Assembly (NCBI GenBank): GCA_951406725.2
Contig: OX597815.1
Coordinates: 434,001 to 498,000, forward strand
Length of the DNA stretch: 64,000 bases
DNA from: Octopus vulgaris
Lineage: Eukaryota
Direction: 5' to 3'
Shown: positions 38,530 through 51,743 of the stretch, piece by piece
How positions within the stretch are numbered: the stretch's first letter is position 1
Layout: every line of letters begins with the position of its first letter
The notes under the pieces: generated by a model
Databases searched by the model: none
Told to the model about the DNA's origin: nothing
Seen by the model: the letters and a program-made list of their open reading frames with translations, nothing else
Translations under genes and position numbers: made by a program

Positions 38530-39050
38530 GTCAATCACAAAAAAGATAGATGGCATGTCAGACCTTGACTACTGGGGTAGACTAGAGAAACTGAAACTGT
38601 ATTCACTCCAACGATGCCGTGAACGCTACATTATCTGTTAGATGTGGAAAATATTCCATCAGCACTGTCTGAATGATGTTGGCATCACCTTCAAAATACA
38701 TCCAAGGCTTGGACCATGTGCCATCCGTCCACAACAAAAATCTAAATCGCATCACATAACAACAATACGGCACAATTATTTCACCTCAATTGGACCCGCT
38801 CTCTTCAACATTACACCAGGACATGTCAAAACAGAAACTGACCACACAAAATTCAAGAAGTCTTTGGACAAATTCCTTCAAACAATCCCAGACAAACCAC
38901 CCACACCCAGATATGTCTCCGCAAACAATAACTCTCTGCTCGAATGGGCCTTGGTGCCCAAATCCTGAATTGAAAGACTTCGCCAGGTGGGGCTATTAAG
39001 TTAGACATGGCCTGGGTCAATACTGGCCAAAACCTTTCTAAGTTATTCTA
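38530..39050 (+). mobile_element. CR1-group LINE 3' fragment (second family)
   Basis: DYWGRLEKLKLYSLQRCRERY...MWKI...HPRLG...GPALFN...FKKSLDKFLQTIPDKP; tail TTCTAAG repeats. Confidence 0.8.
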
Positions 39051-39112
39051 AGTTATATATACATATATACATAATAATATATAATAATATACATAGATAT
39101 ATATATAAGGTT

Positions 39113-39422
39113 GGAGGCGCAATGGCCTTGTGATTAGGGCAGCGGACTCGCGGTCGTAGGATCACGGTTTCGATTCCCAGACCGGGCGTTGTGAGTGTTT
39201 ATTGAGCGAAAACACCTAAAGCTCCACGAGGCTCTGGCAGGGGGTGGTGGCGATCCCTGCTGTACTCTTTCGCCACAACTTTCTCTCACTCTTTCTTCTG
39301 TTGGTCTGCTCGCTTAGCCAGCGGGGTGGCGTCATTTGAAGGCTAAAACAATGCGAAGCGCATTGTGATCAGCGATGTGTAACAACATCTGATAGCCTGG
39401 TCGGTCATGGTGATCACGGTGA
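39113..39422 (+). mobile_element. tRNA-derived SINE family C
   Basis: GGAGGCGCAATGGCC..GTGATTAGGGCAGCGGACTCGCGGTCGTAGGATCACGGTTTCGATTCCCAGACC head with A and B boxes. Homologous head and middle at 26935-27111(-). Confidence 0.8.
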
Positions 39423-40154
39423 TATATATATAAGGTTACAGTTAGTGAAATCAATATATTAGAATATACAAACATACACATATCCACATGAAAATGTACA
39501 TATACAAAGTCAAGAGTTCATTATATTAAGTTACAAAATGCCCACTCACAACCCCTATCTCAATCTGTAATATATATATACACACATATATATATACATA
39601 TATACGACGAGCTTCTTTCAGTTTTCATCAACGAAACCCACTCACAAGGCTTTGGTCGGCCCAAGGCTATAGTAAAAAGACACTTAACCAAAGTGCCAGA
39701 CAGTGGGACTGAACCCGGAACCATATGGTTGGGAAGCAAGCTTCTTACCAGACAGCCACGCTGCGCCTATATATATACATACATATACTCGGCGGGGGTA
39801 AAGATTACGTGTACGTACACCACCGGTTTTCGGCGTAACAAAAACCCTAACCCTAAACCCTAACAACCGGGTGTACATATTCTTTACCTTCGCCCATATA
39901 CACATACATGCACATATACATATATATATACACATACATACATACACACATGCGTACATAGTATACATGCATACATACATAGTACACACACACACATATG
40001 TATGTATATATTTAAGTACACACGTTTGCATGTATACTAAATATGTATATAGCTGTGTGTGTGTATATATACATATATATATATATATACACACACATAT
40101 ATATATATACATATACATATATATATATATTTATTACACACACACACATATGTA

Positions 40155-40185
<31 letters not shown>

Positions 40186-40694
40186 TTATTACACACACAC
40201 ACACACCAACTATTTGACGGCTGATTCTCTCGTCCGTCCAGTTCCCACCCCCCTCCCGTCTTTACAATCACAAACAACGATGGAGCCATCAATATTTTTC
40301 TTCAATGAACCTCGTTATTAAAAGTCTTTCCCTTCACAATTCATTCTCTTCGGCCATAAACCCTCCGTTAATAAGTAAAACATTAAATTCACGTCATTTA
40401 TGCAATCAGAATTCAAATCCTGATTTGCCTTTTTAGTCCCTACAAACCTCGTCGTTAACACTAATTAAACCAGCGAAAATCGGTAATAATTATGTAATAA
40501 ATTTGGTCGGCCTCCCGTCAGTGGCTCCACGACACTTGGTACTTTGAAACAGTCTGCAACACCTTATTGCAGAAACTAAATTGATGAAAAACAGTAATAA
40601 TAAGGCTAGTAATTTTGAGAGGAGGGGCAAGGCGGTTACATCCTTCCTTGCACCTCATTGGTACCTTAATTTTTGGACCCCAGAGGGACGAAAG

Positions 40695-40734
<40 letters not shown>

Positions 40735-40905
40735 CAGGCACAAGAATTGAGTAACAACCAATACCCAGCTGGATTTGAACGCACAATATAGAGGTTCGTA
40801 ACAAAATACTGCCAGGATTATAGCCGGGGCATGAATAAATGCTGTCAACACGAAAATGTTATGATTGGAGGAGAGAGAGTGGAGAAAAGGAAATATTGCA
40901 TTTAC

Positions 40906-41215
40906 CTTACATCAGATGTTTTTTTCTATTTCCTTTTTAGTGGAAATCTTTGAACGGGCCACGAAGCGGAAAACTGAATGGAGTTGAGCAAAATAAAAGT
41001 TGACCCTATTGTTTTTGTTTGTTGCTATTTTGTTGTTTGTGTTTGTAGAGTGATTAAAGAGTGAAAATGTGGGTAAAATGATGGGTAAAGCGAGACGAGG
41101 GCGAACCGCTGATTGCTGTCGACATGAGATCTTTTTAAGTGGAGCAAACGGTTGAGTCTTCAAGACGGCGGCGGCGGGGAGGAGTCGACGACTCTTGACG
41201 GCCACTTATACTCGG
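40906..41215 (-). promoter_or_regulatory. Candidate non-coding first exon / promoter of the SLC27A gene
   Basis: Non-repetitive CpG-rich segment (40900-41900) on the correct strand upstream of the 19349 acceptor, ending in donor-like AAG|GTAAAT (40906/40905; alternative GAT|GTAAGG at 40911/40910). Inference only. Confidence 0.3.
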
Positions 41216-42389
41216 TGTGTGTGTATGAAATTTATATAACATTTAGGTGTATATATAATGTATACACATAATATAGTTATATAAAATGTATATACATGTG
41301 AACATTACATATTCATGTACATGGGGCTTGACTGTATGTTGCCTGTGTGTGTGTGTATATATATATGTATATATAGTGAGGGTGTGTGTTTATTATGTCA
41401 GTGTATGTGCAATGGTTACATGTGGACGATGGGAGGGGGGAGAGAGAGAAAGTAATTGAAAGGGAGACGGTGAAGAAGAAGAAGAAGAAGAAAACAATGG
41501 ATAACGAAGGGCGGCGGCGGCGGTTGTGGCGGCGGTGTAATAAAGTTGATGTTTAGCGACGGCGAACGACGCCAGCCTCTCCTCCATATTAATCCTCGCC
41601 ATGGCTTTGTGTTTCTGTTTTTAGTAAACCTTAACCCTAACTACACTAACTGCTTGGAGTTAATGATGAAAGAATGTGAAAGAAGGAGGGGGGGCTTCGA
41701 CGTGGTTTGTTTAGCAACGAGAATATTTATGGCGATGACGAGTAAAAGAGGCGGCGAGGGACGGGCGATGCCATACTTTCTTTCCAAAGTGTTGTAATAT
41801 AAATGATAAGGCATCAGAAAATGGTAAACTGGCGAACCAAGAAGGGTTAGGGTTAGGATGGATGGTCGCCTGACTTGCTAAAAATAACAGCACCACCTCC
41901 CTCAAACCACACCCTACCGTTTTAGACGAGGACATTAAATAATGAGAATCCTGGAAAGAAAACATTGTCTTTGATTTAAAAAAAAAAGTAAACAAACCAA
42001 CTAGGGAGCTTCTACGCTCGCCCAACTAGAAATAACAACCAAATCTCGATAGTCAGAATAGGAAGAGTACATTTGCTATACATAGTTCTAGGTACAATTG
42101 TGTTTGAAAGAAGCCCAGACAGGATGGCCAGAACGGAGTGTCTTTGATCACAGCTGACAAATCTGATCAACAAATGTTTTAAGGACTTACAACAGACTTT
42201 GGTCATCGAACACAAACATTCGTTTTAATAGACGGACTATAAAATGATGCTGCAGTGACATTCATTCCTTTCCCATACGTCACAGAAACACTGCGGGATT
42301 AATTAGTGTTAAATTGAACAATTACTTTGCGGTCCCCAACGAAAATATAATTGGCTGCTGTTTCTAGCATGCAGAGTTCCTTCGTTGGA

Positions 42390-42700
42390 AGTTAGTTGTT
42401 TAACCCCAGGTCGACTCTGATTCAAGAGCCCCATAATAAAACACACCAGCCATGACTAACCTACATTTTAAGGGTATGCATAAATGTCCTTCCCATATTT
42501 AAGGCGGTTTGGGCTATTTTGTCTAGCAAACGAAACGTGGGACCTAATCTCATTTAAACACAGGATGATTACGCATTCCAGCCGTGACCATCCTGTCCTG
42601 TCTTGTTTTCGTTGTTTTAGGCCATAGTAATGTTTCAAGATGTCAAGTAGTGGATTGAAGGAGATTTAGCTGCTGTTTCTAGCAAGTGATGCAACCTCCT
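42390..42700 (+). repeat. Old dispersed repeat family ending in GAGATTTGGCTGCTATTTCTAGC
   Basis: Degenerate ~150-200-bp copies at ~3700-3870(-), 17900-18040(-), 24350-24395, 31450-31590(-), 42020-42220(-), 42390-42530, 42570-42690, 44420-44590, 45760-45940, 58235-58400. Confidence 0.6.
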
Positions 42701-42894
42701 CAGCACTTTAATTTTATAGCTGTTGCTTGCGCGTGCGTATGTACTTTTTCGCTGAGGACAGAAGCCGTGTACTTATAGCGCTGGCGCACAAGTGTGTGTG
42801 TGTGTGTGTGTGTGGACAGCAGGGATGAAATGCATTCATATGATCTAACCTGATGAATACTATTGATTTCAGATAAGTTCGGGTACATGTTCTA

Positions 42895-42938
<44 letters not shown>

Positions 42939-42978
42939 CAGAGTAGACGCGAACGCAAAGTGCGTGTGTGCTCGTTAC

Positions 42979-43172
42979 TGAGCTGGGCAAAATACTTAGC
43001 GACATTTCATCCGTCTTTACGTTCTGAGTACAAATTCCGCCGACGTCGACTTTGCCTTTCATCTTTTCGGGGTCGATAAATCAAGTACCAGTTACGCACT
43101 GAGATCGATATAATCGACTAATCTGTTCCCCTTAAATGTCAGGCCTTGTGCCTTTAGTAGAAGATTATTATT
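42979..43172 (+). mobile_element. tRNA-derived SINE family B (GCCTTTCATCCTTTCGGGGTCGATAAA core, (ATT)n tail)
   Basis: A box TGGCAGAATCG in fuller copies, B box GAGTTCAAATTCC, conserved central domain. Copies at ~3225-3400(-), 18080-18260, 23075-23240, 23945-24065(-), 24205-24330(-), 28446-28510, 44170-44270, 44735-44920(-), 46224-46375, 46565-46755. Confidence 0.85.
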
Positions 43173-43209
43173 AAGTGAGAGGGAAGCGCATGCCATCAAA
43201 GTGACACTA

Positions 43210-43627
43210 GTGCTGGACTAACAACCATTAAGCAAAGTAGGCACGTGCTTAGGGCATCAAAGGAAGGAGGGGGGGCACCGCAGAAATAGTAAATGGTTTA
43301 CGGCACAAAAGAAATCATTTTAAACTTGCTAAAATAATATCCGGGATGCCTTTATTTCTACCAAGTGTAGATGCAGATGTGTTACCTAAGATTAATTTTG
43401 AGGATCTGATCAAAGACTTTGCAGTTCAAAAAAGTAGGAGGAAACTTTTCAAATCTAAATAAAATGGAAGGAGACAAAAATAAACATTATTTTCCCTCTT
43501 ACTGTTTTGTTTCGTTTTGAAAAATAAAAATTATGGTTTTTTTTATTGTTTATATTTTGAATTACATAATCTTTTATGGGGCACCAAAATCTTTTAAGTG
43601 CTTAGGGCCTCGATGGGTCTTAATCTG
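43210..43627 (+). mobile_element. hAT-derived non-autonomous element
   Basis: Internal INFEDLIKDFAVQKSRRKLF* resembles a hAT/ZMYM1-type transposase C-terminus; GTGCTTAGGGC motif near both ends. Confidence 0.5.
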
Positions 43628-46416
43628 AATATATGAAGTCCAGTATACCCATCATGACTACCCGTCTGATAAGGGTACACCAGGCACATGCATCACTACC
43701 AAATGTACGCGACATGGTGATCTCATACCAAGATAAACAGCGCATGACCTTGCAGGTGGGGTCCAATTAGAATTTTCTTCGGGTCGAGTAACTCATCCTG
43801 CTCAAAAGGTCCCCGAATAAGGTTTGTTTTAAGGATGCTGAACAAAACACCTACGCCTCCAGAGGTGGATTATTCAAACCCCAAAGAATTCCTCTCAACA
43901 CATGGCTATGATGCTCCCCCACTACTTCTGCTCGTGGTCACAGATGCACATATCGTCAGCCACTAAAGGACATGTTCAACTGGTTACGGTGAAGCAACTG
44001 ACAAGCAAATCTGTGGTATTGAGCAGAATATTTGCTGTAGCCCATCTTTTATACGAAGACAAAACAATGTACATGATAGCACTTCCAATCAGTTAAGATC
44101 AGAAGCCATGAGAAGCAGTGTCTGGTACTGCATCAGGGCAGATTATTATTATGGCAAAATCATTATTGTGCCTTTACGTTCTGAGTTCAAATTCAGCCAA
44201 GGTTCGTCCTTTCGAGGTCAATGAAATAAGTACCAGTCGAGTACTGGAGTCGATGTAATCGACTTACCATCGCCAGCAGCTGTCTCAGAGCACACCCAAC
44301 CCCTTCGGTCTCATGGTCACTACTATTAGTAAAAAATGGAGTGGTCACGAATGGAGTGATTCTTTGTAATGGGTGTGTTCGATCAGTGTTGACCTTGAGC
44401 CAAACAATACCCTATCTTAGTGTGTATTGTTTAGCTTCAGGTTAGAGTTGATCAAGTAGACCTATGACGAAACGGCACGCCAGATGTGACCATTGCGTCA
44501 GACCATGTCTCTAGAACCTTCGTGGATTAAGTATGTTGAGTGCGTTTTGAGGGAAATATAGCTACTGTTTCTAGCAATCGAGTGACCGGGTAAGTGGCGG
44601 TGATCTACGTTAATTAGTAGTCATCAACGTCAGACAATGTCTCGGGTTCATTAGAGTTTGGCGGGACCCGTGTGTGTGTGTGTGTTAATAAAGTCACACA
44701 CCCACACAGAACACGATAATGACGGCTGTTTATAATTAAGCCATCAATTTTGAGAGGAGGGGCATTAGCCGATACTGTCGATCCTCGTATTTGTCTGGTA
44801 ATTGCTTCTATTAACCCCAAAGGAACGAAAGGCAAATTAAAATGTTGGCAGGGTTTGAACTCGGAACCTAATCAGGTCCAACCAATACAGCAAGGTTTTT
44901 GTTTTTAGTGAGACTCAAACGATTTTGTGAATCTATGGCCGGGAGAGAAAGAACAGAGAAGAGAAGAGAGAGAGAGAGTAAAGAGTAAAGAGGGAGGCGG
45001 TAAAGAGGACGGGGAAGAGGCGAAGGGGAGTGCTAAATTGCAAGTAAGGCAAGTCGCGTGCACTAAACATATATATAGTAGTAGTAGTAGTGTACTATCA
45101 TAGTAGTGGTAGTAACAATATTACTATTACTAGTAGTAGTAGTAGTGGAGATAGTACATCGTACAAATTAAGTTCTAATCCTGCTGAAGGCAGCGTCAGC
45201 TTTCATCATTGTGGGGTCGATAATGTAGAGGGCAGGAAAAGCAGGGTCCATCTCTCCAGTGTATTACAGCCTCTCACCACGCCCCTGCTCCACCACCGAA
45301 ATGTGTGACCTTCTGTCAACAGTAAGATCATCATCATGATGATGATGATGATAGCAATGGTGGCGACCGTAGCCTTGCCATTAGCGTACCAAGTCTGACA
45401 ACAGCAGCAGTAATTACTACTACTACTACTACTAGTAGTAGTAGTAGTAGTAGTAAATGGAGAGATGGAATGACAGACAAGAAGAGAAGAATAAGGTGAG
45501 GTGTACTTTAAGCACACACACACATCGACATCGTAACCACACACACACACGCTGCTGTTTTGGAAAAACAGTGACCGAGAACTGATTCTCCGGCTCCATT
45601 CTAGGAAGTGGTGCACTTTAAAAAGCTTTGGTTGGCTGCACTCTTGAAGGGCTCCGGCACCAACCGTACACCTCACCTTTCCACTCTTCCACAACAAGCA
45701 ACCGCCATTCCCGCCGACGCCACTCACACATTCACACTATGACCTCGTTCTTTCTCAACGTTGTTTCGTGTTGAACCCTAATCGAGCAGACCTTACAATC
45801 AAAGAATCTCCATCCGTGACTATCCCGTCTTATCTCAGTACAGAAAACTCAGAAACACCAATGTATACTTTTCTTTCCATTTTTGCCTTTTTTCAAGATG
45901 GTGTGTGTGATATGAAGGATTCAGCTGATATTTCTCGAACGACCCCGTGTTTGATTTATCCCCAGTTAAAGGGAGATGACGTTGAAGGTCACTGGGGGAT
46001 GGGGCTGACCTAATTCACTCGAAATCTCTCTCCACCTCCTTATTTCACTAAACACTTTCTGTATCTTTATATTCTGTTCCCTCTAAGATCTTTGCTTTCC
46101 TTTTTAAACACACAAACCCCGCTTTTTTTGCTTTTTTCACATAACAAAACCTGTCTTTTCAATGTCTCCTCCCACTCCATTCATTTTCCTCGGGGCAAAG
46201 AAAAGCAGACATTATTATTATTAAGGTGACGAGCTGGCAGAATCGGTAGCACGCCGGGAAAAATGCTTAGCGGCATTTCGTCCATCTGCACAATCTGAGT
46301 TCAAATTCCACCGATGTCGACCTTGTTTTTTATCCTTTCGGGGTCGATAAGTGAAGTACCATGATTATTATTATTATTATTGCCCCTGTGGTAAATATCG
46401 TCATCATCATTTAAGG

Positions 46417-46552
46417 CAAGGGGTCTCCAAAGTAGTCGATATCGACCCCTGGGGACCGATGGGACTATTCAAGGGGTTGATATGTTTATTTTCTTGTATA
46501 TGCCTGGGGATCGATGAAGGGGTCGATGGTCTAAAAAGTTTGGGGATCCCTG
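46417..46552. mobile_element. hAT-type MITE
   Basis: 8-bp target duplication ATTTAAGG (46409-46416 and 46553-46560) flanking CAAGGGGTCTCCAAA...TTTGGGGATCCCTG. Confidence 0.85.
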
Positions 46553-48154
46553 ATTTAAGGGGGTAAGCTATCAGGATCATTTGCTTCGGACTCAATATTT
46601 TGCAGTATTTCTTCAGACTCATTACGTTCCGAGTTCAAATTCTGCTGCGGGTAACTTTGCCTCTCATTGTTTCGGGGTCGATAAAATAAAGTATCAGTCA
46701 AGTACCGAAATCGATTAGCTCCTTCCTCTAAAACTGCTTTGTGCCTCTAATTTATTATTGCTGTTGGCTGACGGATGGCCGTGTGACATTCCATTATTTT
46801 ACGTTCCCAGTTCAAACCCAGTCTGGGACAACATTCTCCCCTTTCGGGACGTGGAAATGAAATGAATACGAGGTGTTCTAGGTTTATAATTAAAGGCGTT
46901 GCAGCCGTGCCCATCCAAGTACATTTTAAGGACTAAATTGTCAAATGTGTGCTTTTCTTTAAAAGAAGGTAAAAAAAAAAAAATACTCAAAACAATCGAT
47001 TGTTGAGAGATCGAACGAAGAATATGATTTCTCGCAGACTTCGATGTCTCCCATAAGGTGCAACTGAGCAACACCCCCCCCCCTCCGCCCCCGCTTAGAT
47101 ATTTCCATTTTCCTCATATATTTTTATACATCCTCCTCGTGGCTTTGTTTCATATTTACACAGCTTTCTGGTAAAATTATTATCAATACACTACATGACA
47201 GTAATAATAATAATAATAGTAATGGGGCTGACATATTTTGCGGATGGGTGACAAGTCAGTTCCATCGACCCCCAGGGCTGCACTTTTAAGTTGACCCTAA
47301 AATCGCCAATATCGAAGTCGTCTTCAACTTCGGGACAGGAATCTCTCAACACACATCAAATGGTATCGACGAAGCCGTCTCCTCAAAAATTGCTGGCTTT
47401 GGGACTAATTCGAAAACAATCAACATCACCATCGTTTGATGTTGTTCGCCATGTCTCGGGGCCCTCGGGGCCAATAAAAGAAATCGTCATTATTATTATT
47501 ATTAGTTGGTATTTCAATGGTAGCTATGAAATAATTGAAATGTAACAATAATGTCTTCGGCTGAGCCACATTAAAGTGCAAGGCGGTCGGTGCGTGTGTG
47601 TGTGTGTGGATAGACGTGAATCGCAGTAGAAAACGATGTACTACTAATACACGAAACGGTGAAAGAGACAGTACGATTATATAACAGAGCAATATGGTTT
47701 ATGTAATATGCACAACAATTGGAGACCAGATGTGTGTATAAAAGTGCAAAGCGATGCAAGTAGAAGAGTGCAAAGCGACGCATGCACACGAGCATATATA
47801 TATATACATACATACGTACGTACGTACATACATACATACATACCTACACACACATACATACATATGTATGTATGTACATACATACGTACGTACGTACGTA
47901 CGGATATGCATACGTACGTACATGCATACATATATAAGTACGTACGTACGTATATACTTAGGTAGATACATACGTACTTAGATATAAAACAAAGCGAAAC
48001 CCTGTGAATCTATAAGAGTACAAAACGATGTCCTTAAGAGTGCAAAGGCGATGCAGCTCCGACGGATTTGAGACATGGCTGTTGCCAGCATTGAGGAAAT
48101 ATCTCGCCGCTCTTCGCTGGCAAATTAGACAGAAACACAGTCATTGATATTATA

Positions 48155-48188
<34 letters not shown>

Positions 48189-48300
48189 TCACAGAGGACT
48201 AGAAATTATAGAAACTATATACACTATTAGGCTATACACGAAATAAACATTTTATATAGCAGTCACAGGATGTAAACAACACACACACACTTATCTATAC

Positions 48301-48700
48301 TCTTTTACTCTTTTACTTGTTTCAGTCATTTGACTGCGGCTATGCTGGAGCACCGCCTTTAATCGAGCAACTCGACCCCGGGACTTATTCTTTTGTAAGT
48401 CCAGTACTTATTCCATCGTTCTCTTTTGCCGAACCGCTAAGTAACGGGGACATAAACACACCAGCATCGGTTGTCAAGCAATGATAGAGGGACAAACACA
48501 CACACGCATATATATACATATATATATATAATATATACGACGGGCTTCTTTCAGTTTCCATCTACCAAATCCACTCACAAGGCTTTGGTCGGCCCGAGGC
48601 TATAGTAGAAGACACTTGCCCAAGGTGCCATGCAGTGAGACTGAACCCGGAACCATGTGGTTGGTTAGCAAGCTACTTACCACACAGCCACTCCTGCGCC
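48301..48700 (-). mobile_element. tRNA-derived SINE family A (full length), CORE-like middle and LINE-type tail
   Basis: GGCGCAGGAGTGGCTGTGTGGTAAG (A box)...GGGTTCAGTC (B box)...CACCTTGGGCAAGTGTCTT...internal (TA/TG)n...GGCGGTGCTCCAGCAT..CCGCAGTCAAATGACTGAAACAAGTAAAAGAG. Other copies at ~19892-20278, 20716-21010, 26368-26730, 30770-30950, 37250-37615, 37637-38001, 39604-39768(-), 55113-55310(-), 57036-57403. Confidence 0.9.
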
Positions 48701-49462
48701 TATCTGTATATTTACACACACACACATCATATGACTCCCTACAAATTTAATTACTAAATTAACATTTAGTTTTAATTTGATCTTTTTCCACAAACGAGAC
48801 GATTAAAGGTGGATCACTTTTATGTATTAAAATCCAGCGATCGAAATAAATTCTGCCAACGGAACTTGTGTGTGTGTGTGTGTGTGTGATAGTGCTGTGC
48901 GAGACAATATTCAGTCGGTAGGTAATAATGCACGGCACACAGAAGTGATTACATAATGGTGTGTGTGTGTGTGTGTGTGTATAGAAGAGACAGACTGTTG
49001 TTATGTGTGTGTGGAAGGTGTGCGTGTTTGTCTTCAATTACTACACCTTCCTACCTCCAATCTCGAACCCCCAGGAATGGAACATGGAACACCAACGTGG
49101 CCCATCTATGTGCTAGAAATGGCAACCAAGGCAAATCTCCATCAAACAACAAGATACATCAGAAAATATATTTCGATTTCACTATAAATAAGCGGATGGG
49201 CACGGCTGGAGTGACCTTCATGAGAGAACACCACTGTGGTTCTAGATTTCGTCTATAAGTCGTAAGAGAAAAACGACACGACAGTGTCTGTATATGGTCA
49301 CAAGACATACTAGAAATAACAGGTATATCGAACCTCATGTATACAGTAACTCACTGGACAAATATTTTCCAATACGGATGGAAAAATTTTTCACAGGATG
49401 ACCTGAGGGTCTGAGCTGCCCAGAAGAAATATCAAGCATGTACAGATTTCTAAACGACATTT

Positions 49463-49538
<76 letters not shown>

Positions 49539-50159
49539 TAAAAGATTAGTATATGATTTAACTTAATAAACAGAGTTAAATAAATATATTCATATAATGG
49601 AGGAGATTAGATTTTAGAATGGAAAACAGTTTTTTTTTTTTATTTTTCATGTTGCTATACAAAGGACTTCGATATTCATCAGAAAAGAAAGAATCATGAT
49701 AGACAAATTTTGTCCTCTTCAGGAGCTGGAATAAAATCTAGAAGTTTAAAAAGATGTTACAAGTGCAAAATATTCTATTAGCTATCATTTTAGTATCCTT
49801 ATGTAAGCTCTTGTAATATATATATATATATATATACTTAATATTTATTATATATATATATATATAAGAAATGAGGAACTCAGAAATTCGGATGGTTTTA
49901 TGTTTACATTTGTATATTACATGTTAACTTATATGATGTGTAAAAACATGTAACATACAAATAAATATCTGTAAATATAAAACCATCCGGATTTCTGAGT
50001 TCCTCATTTCTTCTAATATAAAATACCTGTACATCATCTCCAAACCTTCCAATATATACACACACATACACACACATATATATATACATACATATTTATA
50101 TATATGTACATACATACACACGCAATCACAAGTAGACACACATACACACACATACATAC

Positions 50160-50306
50160 ATATTGTATATATATATATGTATGTATATATATTTACATAT
50201 ATATGTATATAATATATATATGTGTGTGTGTATATATATATATATGTATATATATATATGTATATATATATATGTATATATATATATATGTATATATATA
50301 TGTGTG

Positions 50307-50339
<33 letters not shown>

Positions 50340-50620
50340 GTATATATATATGTGTGTATATATATGTGTATATATATATATGTATATATATATATGTGTG
50401 TATATATATGTGTATATATATATATGTATATATATATATGTATATATATATGTATATATATATATATGTATATATATATGTATATATATATGTATATATA
50501 TATGTATATATATGTATATATATATGTATATATATATATGTATATATATATGTATATATATATATGTATATATATATATGTATATATATATGTATATATA
50601 TATATGTATATATATATAGG

Positions 50621-50651
<31 letters not shown>

Positions 50652-50830
50652 GTATATATAGGTATATATATATATATATGTATGTATATATAGGTATATA
50701 TATATATGTATATATAGGTATATATATATATGTATATATGTATATATAGGTATATATATATATATGTATATATGTATATATGTATATATATAAATATAGG
50801 TATATATATGTATGTATGTATATATATATT
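50160..50830. repeat. (TA)n/TATG compound microsatellite
   Basis: Direct reading. Confidence 0.95.
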
Positions 50831-50919
50831 TACATAAGGCCAACGAGGGTACGGACGCCGCTATATATATTATATGTAGAAAAATACAAGAACGTTTCTT
50901 GTCCCAGTTTGTATTTTTC

Positions 50920-50980
<61 letters not shown>

Positions 50981-50992
50981 CGTATATATATA

Positions 50993-51743
50993 AGGAGTAA
51001 GTACCTTGAGAGAGAAGTTGGACCTAAGAAGCATCAGTTGCGGTGTGCAAGAGAGACGTTTGCGCTGATATGGACACGTAGTAAGAATGGATGAAGATAG
51101 TTGTGTGAAAATTGCCACACCCTAGCTGTTGAGGGAACCTGTGGAAGAGGCAGACCCAGGAAAACCTGGGATGAGGTGGTGAAGCACGACCTTTGAACTT
51201 TAGGTCACACCGAGGAAATGACAAGAGGCCGAGCCCTTTGGAAGTATGCTGTGTGTGAGAAGACCCGGCAGGACAAGTGAGACCATCACCCATGGCCTCA
51301 GTCCACTTATGCATACCTTTCCTTCTTGGGACACAAAACTCTGCTTGTGAAGACCTGTTGAGGCAAGTGAAAATCAAAAAATCAAAATCGATCAACATCA
51401 ATGGAAATTGTAGCTGTGATATCAGTGCTGGTGGCACATAAGAGAACCATCCGAACGTGGCCGTTGCCAGTGCCGCCCCGACTGGCTTCTGTGCCGGTGG
51501 CACGTAAAAAGCACCATCCGACCGTGGCCGTTTGCCAGACTTGTCTGGCACCTGTGCAGGTGGCACGTAAAAAGCACCCACTACACTCATGGAGTGGTTG
51601 GCATTAGGAAGGGCATCCAGCAGTAGAAATATTGCCAGATCAGACTGGGCCTGGTGCAGCCTTCTGGCTTCCCAGACCCCAGCTGCACCGTCCAACCCAT
51701 GCCAGCATGGAAAGCGGATGCTAAACAATGATGATGATGATGA
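50993..51743 (+). mobile_element. RTE LINE 3' end with 3'UTR
   Basis: [33 protein letters not shown]...[16 protein letters not shown]; same UTR as 33208-33792. Further UTR/tail copies at ~1213-1310(+), 2178-2560(+), 5985-6302(+), 14025-14215(-), 18432-18840(-), 21515-22015(-), 30240-30715(-), 31720-31900(-). Confidence 0.9.
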
